DNA from: Candidatus Delongbacteria bacterium
GTDB taxonomy: Bacteria; UBA4055
Assembly (NCBI GenBank): GCA_007124045.1
Contig: SLFX01000108.1
Span: 1-55,888 of the forward strand
DNA length: 55,888 bases
Direction of reading: 5' to 3'
The notes under the pieces are model-generated. The model was given only the letters and a program-made list of their open reading frames with translations. It searched no databases and was not told the DNA's origin. Numbering within the stretch: the stretch's first letter is position 1; each line of letters opens with the position of its first letter. Below, piece by piece: positions 36,174 through 44,730 of the stretch. Both the position numbers and the translations under genes were made by a program.

Positions 36174-37994
36174 TTACCTGGTGTAGATCAGATCCTGAAG
36201 GAAAGTCCATTCCGAATTGATCGTGAGCATAATAGTACCTATGATGAAAAGCACACCTATAACCAGCTTGGCGTAATCCGAGAGTTTCAGGTTTGTCAGT
36301 ATCTGCGGATCTCTTGAGATATAAGCCGCCGCAGCATAAAGTTCCTCACCTATTAGTGTATAGTCACATGCCGTTATGAAGAACGGTATCTGCGAAACCG
36401 CTGTAGTTCCGGCAACCTGAATTGCGCCTGCCGAAAAACCGGCTTCGGAAATGAGAAGAGATTCGGCGAAATAGTAACCGAAGTGAAAAGCTGTAGCCGG
36501 CTTCTTCCTTGCCAGAATGCCGGCAAGACCGGCCGCAAAAGCGAACTGATCGTACGCTATAAAGAAAATGTTGTCCTTTTTATGATCCTCCGGATAGCCG
36601 GCATCAAGAAAACCCGAAGCCACCATCTCTTCAGAGATCTGAAGGATGATAGGGTCACAGGTCGGCACATATATCTCGGCTTTGAACTCCGCTACTTTTT
36701 TAGCGATGCTCTTTAAGATAAGCATACTGGCGATCGTATCAATATTAGTGTAACCGCCGAGACCCGAATCATAAACGATAGGCTTTCCCATTTCCGTCGC
36801 TCTTCCTATCGCATCATCTATGGCATCAAGACCGGCGATCTTTCTGATGAACAAACCTTCCCTGTTTTTTCTGACCTGAAAGAATACATAAAAGAAAAGG
36901 ATCATAAAAAGAAGAGTGCCTATGAGCACATTTTTTCTGAAGGTTCTGAAAACGGGAGTTCTGTCATAGATCACATAAGAGGTAAAAGTTGAGGTGAGGC
37001 TGCTGTAAAATCTGTTTTTTATCTGAGAGGCGAACATTTCCTTTGCTTCGGGCGAATCCTCATGTATTAATACTATCAGCTCATCCGGTATTTCAAAATG
37101 ACCTATACCGTTTTCTTCCTCCATACCGGCCAGAATATCCGTGGTAAGATAGGTAAGGTCATATCTCATATCCTCACGCAGATCAAAAAGCGTCAGCCGT
37201 TTCATCTCTATCCAGTCTTCCCTGGCATAATTATATTCAAGTCGGGCATTTTCTATCAGCTCTTTCTTCTTTCTGTCTATGTGGAACATTATCCTTTTAT
37301 AATTTTCGGATGTCATCCGCGAAAGAATATATTCGTCAGCACCCTGCTTCTTCAGCTCCTCGTATTCGCTAAGTGCTTCGTACATTTCTTCAAAGTATTC
37401 TTCGTCATAAGCAAGATGATCAACAACCTCAAGATCAGTAATTCCCCTGACAGCTCTAAGTTCGCCGTCGAGTCTTCTCATTTCATTGAGATAATCATCC
37501 ACCTCCGCCAGGTGATTCTCCCAGAGCATATCCTCTCTTTCACTTACGAACCGCTTGATCTTGTCCGCAGCCGCATCCAGACTTTCGTGAAGGTCTTTGC
37601 TGATATAACCCCAGTAAAAATCCCTCGTCGTTATAAACCTGGCGACCTCTTCATAAATTTTATCATCCCTGAGGGCCTTGAAAGCGATAAACTTACGCAT
37701 TTCATACTCGGTCATAGGTTCGCCCAGCCGCTCTTTTTCGACGATATCCAATGTAAAGTCCGGATATGAACTGTAGAAATCTGAAATAAAATCCTTAACC
37801 CTGGGATACAGAATACCAATGTTCCTTTCAGGATCCCAGTTTCTGAATATTTCCATAAGGTCGTTCGCCACTTCTGAGGCAAGAATTTCCTCTTCGGATA
37901 AATTGACATTATCCGTTTCATGCTCAGCTTCAAACTCCCCGCAAAGCCGGACAAAAATAGTCAGGGTGAAGATCAGAATGAGATATTTTTTCAT
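36174..37994 (-). CDS. module subunit A (copy 2)
   Basis: 606 aa with signal peptide MKKYLILIFTLTIFVRLCG. The N-terminal region is homologous but much more diverged than the C-terminal domain, which is highly similar to copy 1. Confidence 0.8.
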   Translation of the reverse strand: MKKYLILIFTLTIFVRLCGEFEAEHETDNVNLSEEEILASEVANDLMEIFRNWDPERNIGILYPRVKDFISDFYSSYPDFTLDIVEKERLGEPMTEYEMRKFIAFKALRDDKIYEEVARFITTRDFYWGYISKDLHESLDAAADKIKRFVSEREDMLWENHLAEVDDYLNEMRRLDGELRAVRGITDLEVVDHLAYDEEYFEEMYEALSEYEELKKQGADEYILSRMTSENYKRIMFHIDRKKKELIENARLEYNYAREDWIEMKRLTLFDLREDMRYDLTYLTTDILAGMEEENGIGHFEIPDELIVLIHEDSPEAKEMFASQIKNRFYSSLTSTFTSYVIYDRTPVFRTFRKNVLIGTLLFMILFFYVFFQVRKNREGLFIRKIAGLDAIDDAIGRATEMGKPIVYDSGLGGYTNIDTIASMLILKSIAKKVAEFKAEIYVPTCDPIILQISEEMVASGFLDAGYPEDHKKDNIFFIAYDQFAFAAGLAGILARKKPATAFHFGYYFAESLLISEAGFSAGAIQVAGTTAVSQIPFFITACDYTLIGEELYAAAAYISRDPQILTNLKLSDYAKLVIGVLFIIGTIMLTINSEWTFLQDLIYTR

Positions 37995-38053
37995 ATATGT
38001 CTCTCTCGACGATTGATTTAGACCTATTTCATACGCTGCAAAATTACCTGCGA

Positions 38054-38082
38054 AATATAAATCAGCACTATAATTTTAACAA
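38054..38082 (-). promoter_or_regulatory. candidate promoter of module copy 2
   Basis: The minus strand reads TTGTTA, a 17-nt spacer, then TATATT. It lies about 60 nt upstream of the subunit A ATG. Confidence 0.35.
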
Positions 38083-38188
38083 GATAATTCGGATGAAATG
38101 CGTTATTTGCTGATAAAGGTAGATATGACTCGTTTTCTTTCTTTTCGCAAGAAAGATTTCAACTACTTATGAGCCTTTGTACTCGAAT

Positions 38189-39337
38189 CTATATTGAAAC
38201 AGCAAGGAAGATCGCAAGGAATGCCAGAAGTATCCCTATGCTCATTTTCATCACGAACATATTTTTGGTCAGGAATTTGTTGAGTTTTTCCCATGTCAGA
38301 CCGTAATAGGCAAGTATCATTATTATCAGCAGAGGGAGTACAAAAAGCAGGTTGTAGAACAAAAGCCATAGTATTCCTCTGAGCCTGAGACCGCTTTCCC
38401 TCGTCATTAGAATAATTGTAGGCAGATAGACCTGGCCCGTGCAGACGGCTTCCAGGAGTGTTACTAGAAAGCCTATTATAAGCGAACCTGTGATGAGTGA
38501 ACCGGTACTCAAGTGACCCGAGATCACCTTTCTTATTCTGAACTTGACCGATTTTGGAAGCTGAAGTGAAATACTGTCGGTTTTGCCGGTTATTTTGTAG
38601 GTTATGGCATCTTTGAAACTGTATAGTGCCACACCTCCGGCAAATACCACAGCCGACCATTTTATGATATGCGATACTATTCTGTAGGACTGGAGAAAGT
38701 TCAGTACATGAAAAGCTCCGACCCCCAGCATAAAATATGTTATAAAGACCGCAAAAGTATAAGACATTCCTATGGCAAGTATCTCATTCCGCTTATGCTT
38801 TTTCACAGATAGATAGGAGATCAGAAATATCATCGTGGCTATGGCGCATGGATTTACACCGTCAATAAGTCCTGCCGCAAGAACGCCCATGAAGGTAAAA
38901 CCGGCTGCTCTGCTTGAGAGAAGTCCGAACATGTCATCGTCAACTTCATCGTCTGTATATACGACCCACCGGTCTTCCATGTTAAGATATTGTGTTATCA
39001 GATCTTCAGATTCCCTCTTTATTTCGTTATCCCCGAGTAAAAAAGTGTCTGCCACGAAAAGAACTATCGGCATTGACCTTGGGGTCTGATAGAACTGTTC
39101 CATCCGGTCAAGAAGTGCGAAATGTTCGGGATTTTCAAGAATAAAATTCGAGTATCTTATTTTCTCAGGATATTTTTGCGCAAAATGTTCTAAAATATCT
39201 TCCTGAATATCTTTGCAGACCGCACACATCTCAGAACCGAAAAACTTCAGTTCGAGTTTCTCTGAAGGTATAAAATTCGAGAACAGATAATTTGAGGCTA
39301 AAAATATAAACGCAATTATCAGTGAGTGTCTTTTCAT
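38189..39337 (-). CDS. DsbD/CcdA-family thiol:disulfide electron-transfer membrane protein with N-terminal CxxC domain
   Basis: 382 aa with a signal peptide and an extracytoplasmic region carrying CAVC. The membrane core carries the DsbD-type motif GLIDGVNPCAIATMIFL and a second Cys in LLEAVCTGQVY. Confidence 0.7.
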   Translation of the reverse strand: MKRHSLIIAFIFLASNYLFSNFIPSEKLELKFFGSEMCAVCKDIQEDILEHFAQKYPEKIRYSNFILENPEHFALLDRMEQFYQTPRSMPIVLFVADTFLLGDNEIKRESEDLITQYLNMEDRWVVYTDDEVDDDMFGLLSSRAAGFTFMGVLAAGLIDGVNPCAIATMIFLISYLSVKKHKRNEILAIGMSYTFAVFITYFMLGVGAFHVLNFLQSYRIVSHIIKWSAVVFAGGVALYSFKDAITYKITGKTDSISLQLPKSVKFRIRKVISGHLSTGSLITGSLIIGFLVTLLEAVCTGQVYLPTIILMTRESGLRLRGILWLLFYNLLFVLPLLIIMILAYYGLTWEKLNKFLTKNMFVMKMSIGILLAFLAIFLAVSI

Positions 39338-39351
39338 AAAGATCTCTCCTT

Positions 39352-40128
39352 TTAATCGTTATTTGAGTTTATTCTTACATATTCGTATTCGGCGGCGTCC
39401 GCAAGCCAGGCGGGGTCTTTGAAACTGTTGTAATATTTTCCGTTTACCGCAAAACCGGGGGTCGCCTTCACTCCGAGATTTATACCTTCCACCCTTGAAT
39501 CGTATGTTCTTTCGGCAAGCTCCTTATTATCCAGTTCGTGCATGAATTTTTCAGGATCTTCTCCAAGATCCTCCGCAATTTTTCTAAGCAGCCTGTCGGT
39601 TACTCTTTCGCCCGATTCTTTCAATGCACCGATATACTCCCACAATTTGCCCCTTTCCTGAAAATAAATCAGTGCTTTTTCTCCGGGTCCTATACCCAGC
39701 GGTTTTACAACCATTCTGACTTTGTTTTTCAGTCTGCCCTCATGTATGTATCCGTATATCTCAGAAAGTATATATGTGCACATTGGGCAGTTTGCGCTGA
39801 AGTATGCTGTAAGCAGGACCGGGGCATTTGGATCGCCCGTTATCTGATAACCTTCGATGCTGATATCCGCAATAACCGCGGAAGTGAAATGTGCATATCT
39901 TTTTTCAAGATGATCCGCCAATTTTTCCGCATCATTTTCTCTCCTTTCAAGATTGTCGAGAAAATTCGAAAGTCTGATCCCGATATCCATTCCTTTTTCC
40001 GCCGCTTCGGCAATAGTTATATTATCGAAATGACTCATCCTGAAACTGTTCTTTAATGAATCGGCGGCTGATGCGAGAATCGGTTGAACGGCAAATAACA
40101 TGCTTAGGAGTAGTGTGATCTTTTTCAT
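39352..40128 (-). CDS. DsbA-like thioredoxin-fold thiol:disulfide oxidoreductase (secreted)
   Basis: It has the signal peptide MKKITLLLSMLFAVQPILASA and the active site CPMC (YFSANCPMCTY). ATG 40128 forms TAATG with the upstream stop; the ORF extends to 40143. Confidence 0.7.
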   Translation of the reverse strand: MKKITLLLSMLFAVQPILASAADSLKNSFRMSHFDNITIAEAAEKGMDIGIRLSNFLDNLERRENDAEKLADHLEKRYAHFTSAVIADISIEGYQITGDPNAPVLLTAYFSANCPMCTYILSEIYGYIHEGRLKNKVRMVVKPLGIGPGEKALIYFQERGKLWEYIGALKESGERVTDRLLRKIAEDLGEDPEKFMHELDNKELAERTYDSRVEGINLGVKATPGFAVNGKYYNSFKDPAWLADAAEYEYVRINSNND

Positions 40129-41240
40129 TACTGCCTCATCCATCTAAATTCCTGAACATCCAGATTTGTCAGACCGAGTTCCCTTGCCCTTTCGACCACC
40201 GATCTGTATTCTTCACCCCTTACAGGTCTTGATATTTCGGGATGATCGTATGCTTTGTAGGCCGGCCTGTACTGGGCCATTATGTTTATATAAGTGTCTT
40301 TCGGAAGATTCTCCGCTATCCATTCCATAACTTTCAGTGAACCGCTTACATCGTTTGGCATTACCAGATGACGGATCATAAGTCCCCTGTAAATTATGCC
40401 GTCAGACTCAGGTTTTGCAACTCCCACCTGCCTGTGCATCTCCAGAATAGCTTTTTTAGTTATCTCCGGATAAGATACGGCGCCTGCCATATACTTTCCC
40501 GACTTTTCAGGATCAAAAATTTTGAAATCAGGAAGGTAGATATCAACGATGCCGTCAAGTTCGCGCAGTATTTCAACGCTTTCCCAACCTGAAGTGTTGT
40601 AAACCAGAGGTGTTCTCAGACCTTTTGATGCGGCTATGTCGAGGGCTTTTAAAATGTGGGCAGAATAGTGTGTGGGAGTAACGAGATTTATATTGTGGCA
40701 GCCGCGGCCTTGAAGCCTGAGCATCATTTCGGCGAGGCCTTCAACTGTTGTCGTACTTCCTCTTCCAAGATGGCTGATATCATAATTCTGGCAGAAAGAG
40801 CATTTCAGATTGCAGTGGGCGAAGAATATTGTGCCGGACCCTCCCCTTCCCACAAGAGGCCTCTCCTCTCCGTAATGTGCGTGGAACGAGGACACATTGA
40901 GCCTTGTACCTGACGCTCCGCAAAAACCTGTTCTTCCTTTAATTCTTTCTGCACCGCATGACCTTGGGCAAAGATCGCATTTCTCCATAAGCTGCCACAG
41001 CCTGTCCGCCCTCTGTTTCAGTTCTCCTGTCCTGTGAAGCTTCAGGTAAGCGGGCTCAAAAACGGAGGCGGCTATCTCCCTTTCGGATGAATATTCGGGA
41101 CTCGCGCCTGTAGTTGCACTTATCCCCATACCTATGTATATCACTGAGAGTGTCATGATCACTCCCGCTGCCGTTAAATACATCTTTATCCTCTGCGTCT
41201 GTTTATTATCATACATCTTTCTTATACTCAAAAACATCAA
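40128..41240 (-). CDS. radical SAM protein, PflX-like (pyruvate formate-lyase activase homologue), with N-terminal TM segment
   Basis: It has the CX3CX2C motif CNLKCSFCQNYD, an upstream Cys pair LCPRSCGAERIKGRTGFCG, and an N-terminal hydrophobic stretch YLTAAGVIMTLSVIYIGMGI. Confidence 0.7.
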   Translation of the reverse strand: MMFLSIRKMYDNKQTQRIKMYLTAAGVIMTLSVIYIGMGISATTGASPEYSSEREIAASVFEPAYLKLHRTGELKQRADRLWQLMEKCDLCPRSCGAERIKGRTGFCGASGTRLNVSSFHAHYGEERPLVGRGGSGTIFFAHCNLKCSFCQNYDISHLGRGSTTTVEGLAEMMLRLQGRGCHNINLVTPTHYSAHILKALDIAASKGLRTPLVYNTSGWESVEILRELDGIVDIYLPDFKIFDPEKSGKYMAGAVSYPEITKKAILEMHRQVGVAKPESDGIIYRGLMIRHLVMPNDVSGSLKVMEWIAENLPKDTYINIMAQYRPAYKAYDHPEISRPVRGEEYRSVVERARELGLTNLDVQEFRWMRQ

Positions 41241-41246
41241 AAATGT

Positions 41247-43538
41247 TTATTTTTTGAGATCCGGGGCAAAGCCCAGCGCACAGATCTTGACCAAAGCGGC
41301 TGCAACGCACGCCCCTGTAAGCCCGAGCACCGGCAGCAGTATAACACCGCCTGTCATGCCGCCCAGCCATCCGCCTGCCAGATCGCCCGCGTAAAAGAGA
41401 CCGGCATGGCCTTTTGAATCCTGTCCTTCTTCTCTGTAAAGACTGATCGCAAGCGGGAACTGCGCGCTTATCAGCATGCCGCCCGTAAATGTCATAATCA
41501 ATATAAGAGCTTTGATCATATTCAGCATGTCGGCATCGGCGGCAAAAGGACTGACTGCGGTAAAAACTGCCGGTATCAGAAACGCAAAAAAGATTATCAA
41601 CCCCTCCAGAATAAAAAACAGTCTTCTTTTGTTGTTTATGCGGGGCAAAAAATGTGTTACGGTAAAAGCTCCGGACGCAGATCCCGCCATGAAAAATGTT
41701 ACCAGAATTCCGATCCAGGCGAAAACATGACCGTAAAGAGCCTGAAAAACAAAAATAAGAGACAGGTCGAATATCATGCCCGAAAAACCGCTTGAAGCTA
41801 TCGCTGCGGGAAGGTAGCGGCGGCTCGCGCTTCCTCTTTTTCTCCGGATAAAAATAACAACTGCAAAAAACAGGGCAGCCGCGCCGGTTAAATGCATTAC
41901 CTTTAAACTGTCGGCCATTCTGAATAATTTTCTGAAAGAAGGATTGTAAACCGCATTCCAGTGAGAGAGAGAGTAGAATACTCCGGCAGGGTCCAGATCC
42001 CTGTTTATCCTTTTACTTCCGTTTTCAGTAAGTTCATAAAACCAGCCCGCCCAGCCCGGATGGAGGTCATTTCTTATATGCCTGGGAACAAATACATCCG
42101 CTTCAGGCATCCTTTCAAACACTCTTTCGGCAAGAATATCCTCGTTCATATTCAGAATGTCTTCCGATTCAGATGCAAGAAACAGATTCGAACCGTCTCC
42201 CGGAAAGATCCTTATATTTGGAAAAACTTCTTTTAAAGTATGATATATTGATGAATTAAGATCAACAAGCTCCTTTGAAAGATAGCCGAAAGATCCGGGA
42301 AGAGAGAAAACAACAATTCCGCCGTCACGGAGACTTCTTTTACAAAGATAAAAAAATTCCTCAGTAAAAAACCTGTTGCTTTGAAGATCAGATATTTCGT
42401 TTATACCTAGATAGATGATATCATAATACTGCCTGCCGAGCCTTAAATGCAGCAGTCCGTCAGTGTTAATTACTTTTACCCTATCATCAAAAAGCTCATA
42501 TTCAGTCAATCCTGTGGGGAATTTTTTTATAACATCAATAAGCACGGGATCAAGTTCAGCATATTCTATTTTTTGTACCGAACTGTGCTTCAACGCTTCG
42601 GAAATTTTCCCTCCGGCGCCGTTACCTATCATCAGCATTATCTCAGGAAAAGGATGAGAAAAAGCGGGAATATGAACAAATCTTTCGATGTAAACCAGAT
42701 CGGGATACGGCGCGAATATCCTTGGCGTACCGTCAAGAAAAAATGTATAGTGCCCCTCGCTTTCAGTTACGAATATGTTACCGTATTTCGAATTTGAATA
42801 ATGAAGCGGTTTAAGGGGCGACCATTGTCTTTTTACAGAGTATATGTGAATTTTTTCTGTCAGATTCATCATCGGAGCGGCTGCAGAAAATACTAATATC
42901 GAAAGAAAGAATATGGTGAGTATTTTGAAAATAAAGCCGCCTTTGGAAAAATAATGTGATGTAAGAAGTAAACAGATAAGGCAGTTCAGTGCGAGTATTC
43001 CGGCACAGATCGTAAAAGAATTAAAGCCGGGTATCAGAACGAAAGACCATAAAAGACCGCCGGTAATTGTACCGAGTATCTCATGAGCATAAACCCTGCC
43101 TGATCCGCTCCTTACATCTTCTTTGGAAAACAATGAATACAGCCTGCATCCGAGTGTAAAAAGAGCACCGTGGGAAAAACTTACAGTAAGCAGGATCAAA
43201 AGAGATGAAAAGATAACCGGAAAGATACCTATGCTCTGAGCGACAGAAAGCGACAGAATGTTTCTTATGTCCCGAGTGAAAAATATCATGAAAGGCAATG
43301 AAAACGAAAACAGAAAAGTAAAAATGCAGTACAAAACGACTGTCTTTTTTTTTGAAAAAGAAACATTTCTGACCGAATAGCTGCCTAAAGCCTCAATAAT
43401 CAGCCAATTCGCCAGAATTATCCCTATTGAAAATTCGTTCCCGGAGAATATTATCAGAAGTTCTCTGAGCAGAACGAGCTGCGCAATTATTCCGCCCGCT
43501 CCTGTCACCCATACTGCAGTGATAATTCTTTTCTTCAT
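41247..43538 (-). CDS. fused polytopic membrane / spermidine-synthase-like (aminopropyl/methyltransferase fold) protein
   Basis: 763 aa with many TM helices on both sides of a soluble domain. The soluble domain has a SAM-fold-like signature (MLMIGNGAGGKISEALKH...IEYAELDP...YDIIYL). Confidence 0.6.
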   Translation of the reverse strand: MKKRIITAVWVTGAGGIIAQLVLLRELLIIFSGNEFSIGIILANWLIIEALGSYSVRNVSFSKKKTVVLYCIFTFLFSFSLPFMIFFTRDIRNILSLSVAQSIGIFPVIFSSLLILLTVSFSHGALFTLGCRLYSLFSKEDVRSGSGRVYAHEILGTITGGLLWSFVLIPGFNSFTICAGILALNCLICLLLTSHYFSKGGFIFKILTIFFLSILVFSAAAPMMNLTEKIHIYSVKRQWSPLKPLHYSNSKYGNIFVTESEGHYTFFLDGTPRIFAPYPDLVYIERFVHIPAFSHPFPEIMLMIGNGAGGKISEALKHSSVQKIEYAELDPVLIDVIKKFPTGLTEYELFDDRVKVINTDGLLHLRLGRQYYDIIYLGINEISDLQSNRFFTEEFFYLCKRSLRDGGIVVFSLPGSFGYLSKELVDLNSSIYHTLKEVFPNIRIFPGDGSNLFLASESEDILNMNEDILAERVFERMPEADVFVPRHIRNDLHPGWAGWFYELTENGSKRINRDLDPAGVFYSLSHWNAVYNPSFRKLFRMADSLKVMHLTGAAALFFAVVIFIRRKRGSASRRYLPAAIASSGFSGMIFDLSLIFVFQALYGHVFAWIGILVTFFMAGSASGAFTVTHFLPRINNKRRLFFILEGLIIFFAFLIPAVFTAVSPFAADADMLNMIKALILIMTFTGGMLISAQFPLAISLYREEGQDSKGHAGLFYAGDLAGGWLGGMTGGVILLPVLGLTGACVAAALVKICALGFAPDLKK

Positions 43539-43542
43539 AGGT

Positions 43543-44730
43543 CTAGAAATACATTATATATCTGACATTACCGCCCCCGAATCCGTCAATAGTCGTAACA
43601 TGACTCAGAGAAAGAGTCAGGCTGCCGGTTTTCCCAAAAAATATTTCGGCACTGATCTCGGCTTTATCCTCATAGGGATTGACTTCTTTGGTGTTATACG
43701 CCGCATTTTTTTCTTTCAGATCTATAAAAGACGAAAAATATGCAGCAGAATATTCGACTCTGCCTGAAATGTAATTCAGCCTTATCTCAGGCATCAGCTC
43801 ATTTCGCCGGTAACTGAAAGGTGAAAAAAGTTTTCTTTCTGTTCTTAATCTGATATATCTCGTGCCTGTCGTAAAGCTCCAGTTTTCATTTATGCTGAAA
43901 ATATTCCTGATGCCGAACTCATCTATATTATAGCTGTAAGCGTGATCTTTTTCCTGTTCTGCAAAAAATTCTTTCTCTGTAAATCTGTAAAAAAGCCCGT
44001 GTACTACCGCCAGATTTCTGCCGAACAGCTTAATATCAGCAAGAAAAACAGCCTTATTTGAATTGTATTCATGCCTGACAGTGCCGTTTGAAAGTAAATG
44101 ATCGGAAAAGATCCGAACATGGCCTCTTCCCGCACTGCCCCAGGAACTTAAATTTAACGGCCCTGCACTTTTGCGTATATTCCACCCGACCTTTAAAGGG
44201 TCCTGTATCTGCTCACCTTTTACGGTGTTTCTTTTGTCATAGAACATATCCCCACCTGTAAGAGTGATCCCGATATACTCCTCTTTAGATTCACCCAGCC
44301 AGAGGATTTTCAGTCCGGCATCCATATTGTCCTTTTCAAAATGAGGTTTGAAGATCCCGCCTGCATAAAGTCCTTCTCTGACCCTCAAGGACAGGCCCAG
44401 ATTCACTGATAATCTCTTTTCCGGATATATCCTTCCTTCGTAGTTTTTGTATATTCCTCTAAACTTTATTCTTTCCGAAAGGTTCTGATCGATAATAAGC
44501 TCTTCGTTCCTCAACAATATGGACTTGCCTATAGAGCCGTAGCTGAGCCTCATACCGTTTTTGCTGTATCTTGATCTGTTCCACAAGAGATCGCCTGCCG
44601 CGGAAAATTCATAATTAACCCTTTCATGCAGAAAAAGCCGGGGATGATCTATCCTGCGGTTGATACCGTCAGTATCAGATGGATAAACAGACGAAATAAT
44701 GATAAAAGTAAGTAAAAAAAATCTATTCAT
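43543..44730 (-). CDS. outer-membrane beta-barrel protein, function unknown
   Basis: ATG 44730 gives the signal peptide MNRFFLLTFIIISSVYP and overlaps the upstream stop (ATGAATAG). It shows an alternating beta-strand pattern and a C-terminal aromatic end ...RYIMYF. Confidence 0.55.
   Translation of the reverse strand: MNRFFLLTFIIISSVYPSDTDGINRRIDHPRLFLHERVNYEFSAAGDLLWNRSRYSKNGMRLSYGSIGKSILLRNEELIIDQNLSERIKFRGIYKNYEGRIYPEKRLSVNLGLSLRVREGLYAGGIFKPHFEKDNMDAGLKILWLGESKEEYIGITLTGGDMFYDKRNTVKGEQIQDPLKVGWNIRKSAGPLNLSSWGSAGRGHVRIFSDHLLSNGTVRHEYNSNKAVFLADIKLFGRNLAVVHGLFYRFTEKEFFAEQEKDHAYSYNIDEFGIRNIFSINENWSFTTGTRYIRLRTERKLFSPFSYRRNELMPEIRLNYISGRVEYSAAYFSSFIDLKEKNAAYNTKEVNPYEDKAEISAEIFFGKTGSLTLSLSHVTTIDGFGGGNVRYIMYF

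Noticed and set aside
37098-37769. 223-aa plus-strand ORF
   Set aside because: It is antisense to module subunit A (copy 2), whose frame is supported by homology to copy 1. Its low-complexity, Phe/Ile-rich translation is typical of a shadow frame.
4338-37994. The two four-gene modules as an assembly artefact or very recent segmental duplication
   Set aside because: Protein identity is only about 60% for the best-conserved subunit. The DNA differs throughout, subunit A differs in length by about 26-44 aa, and the flanks are unrelated.
38136-38156. Perfect 8-bp hairpin tctttctt-ttcgc-aagaaaga as terminator of the Dsb/radical-SAM operon
   Set aside because: On the minus (transcribed) strand it is followed by AAAACG rather than a U-tract, and the stem is AT-rich. 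It is at best a weak or RNA-stability element.
38163-38660. 165-aa minus-strand ORF overlapping the DsbD/CcdA-like gene in another frame
   Set aside because: The 382-aa frame carries the DsbD motifs and a signal peptide. The alternative frame is Arg/Gln/Cys-rich nonsense.
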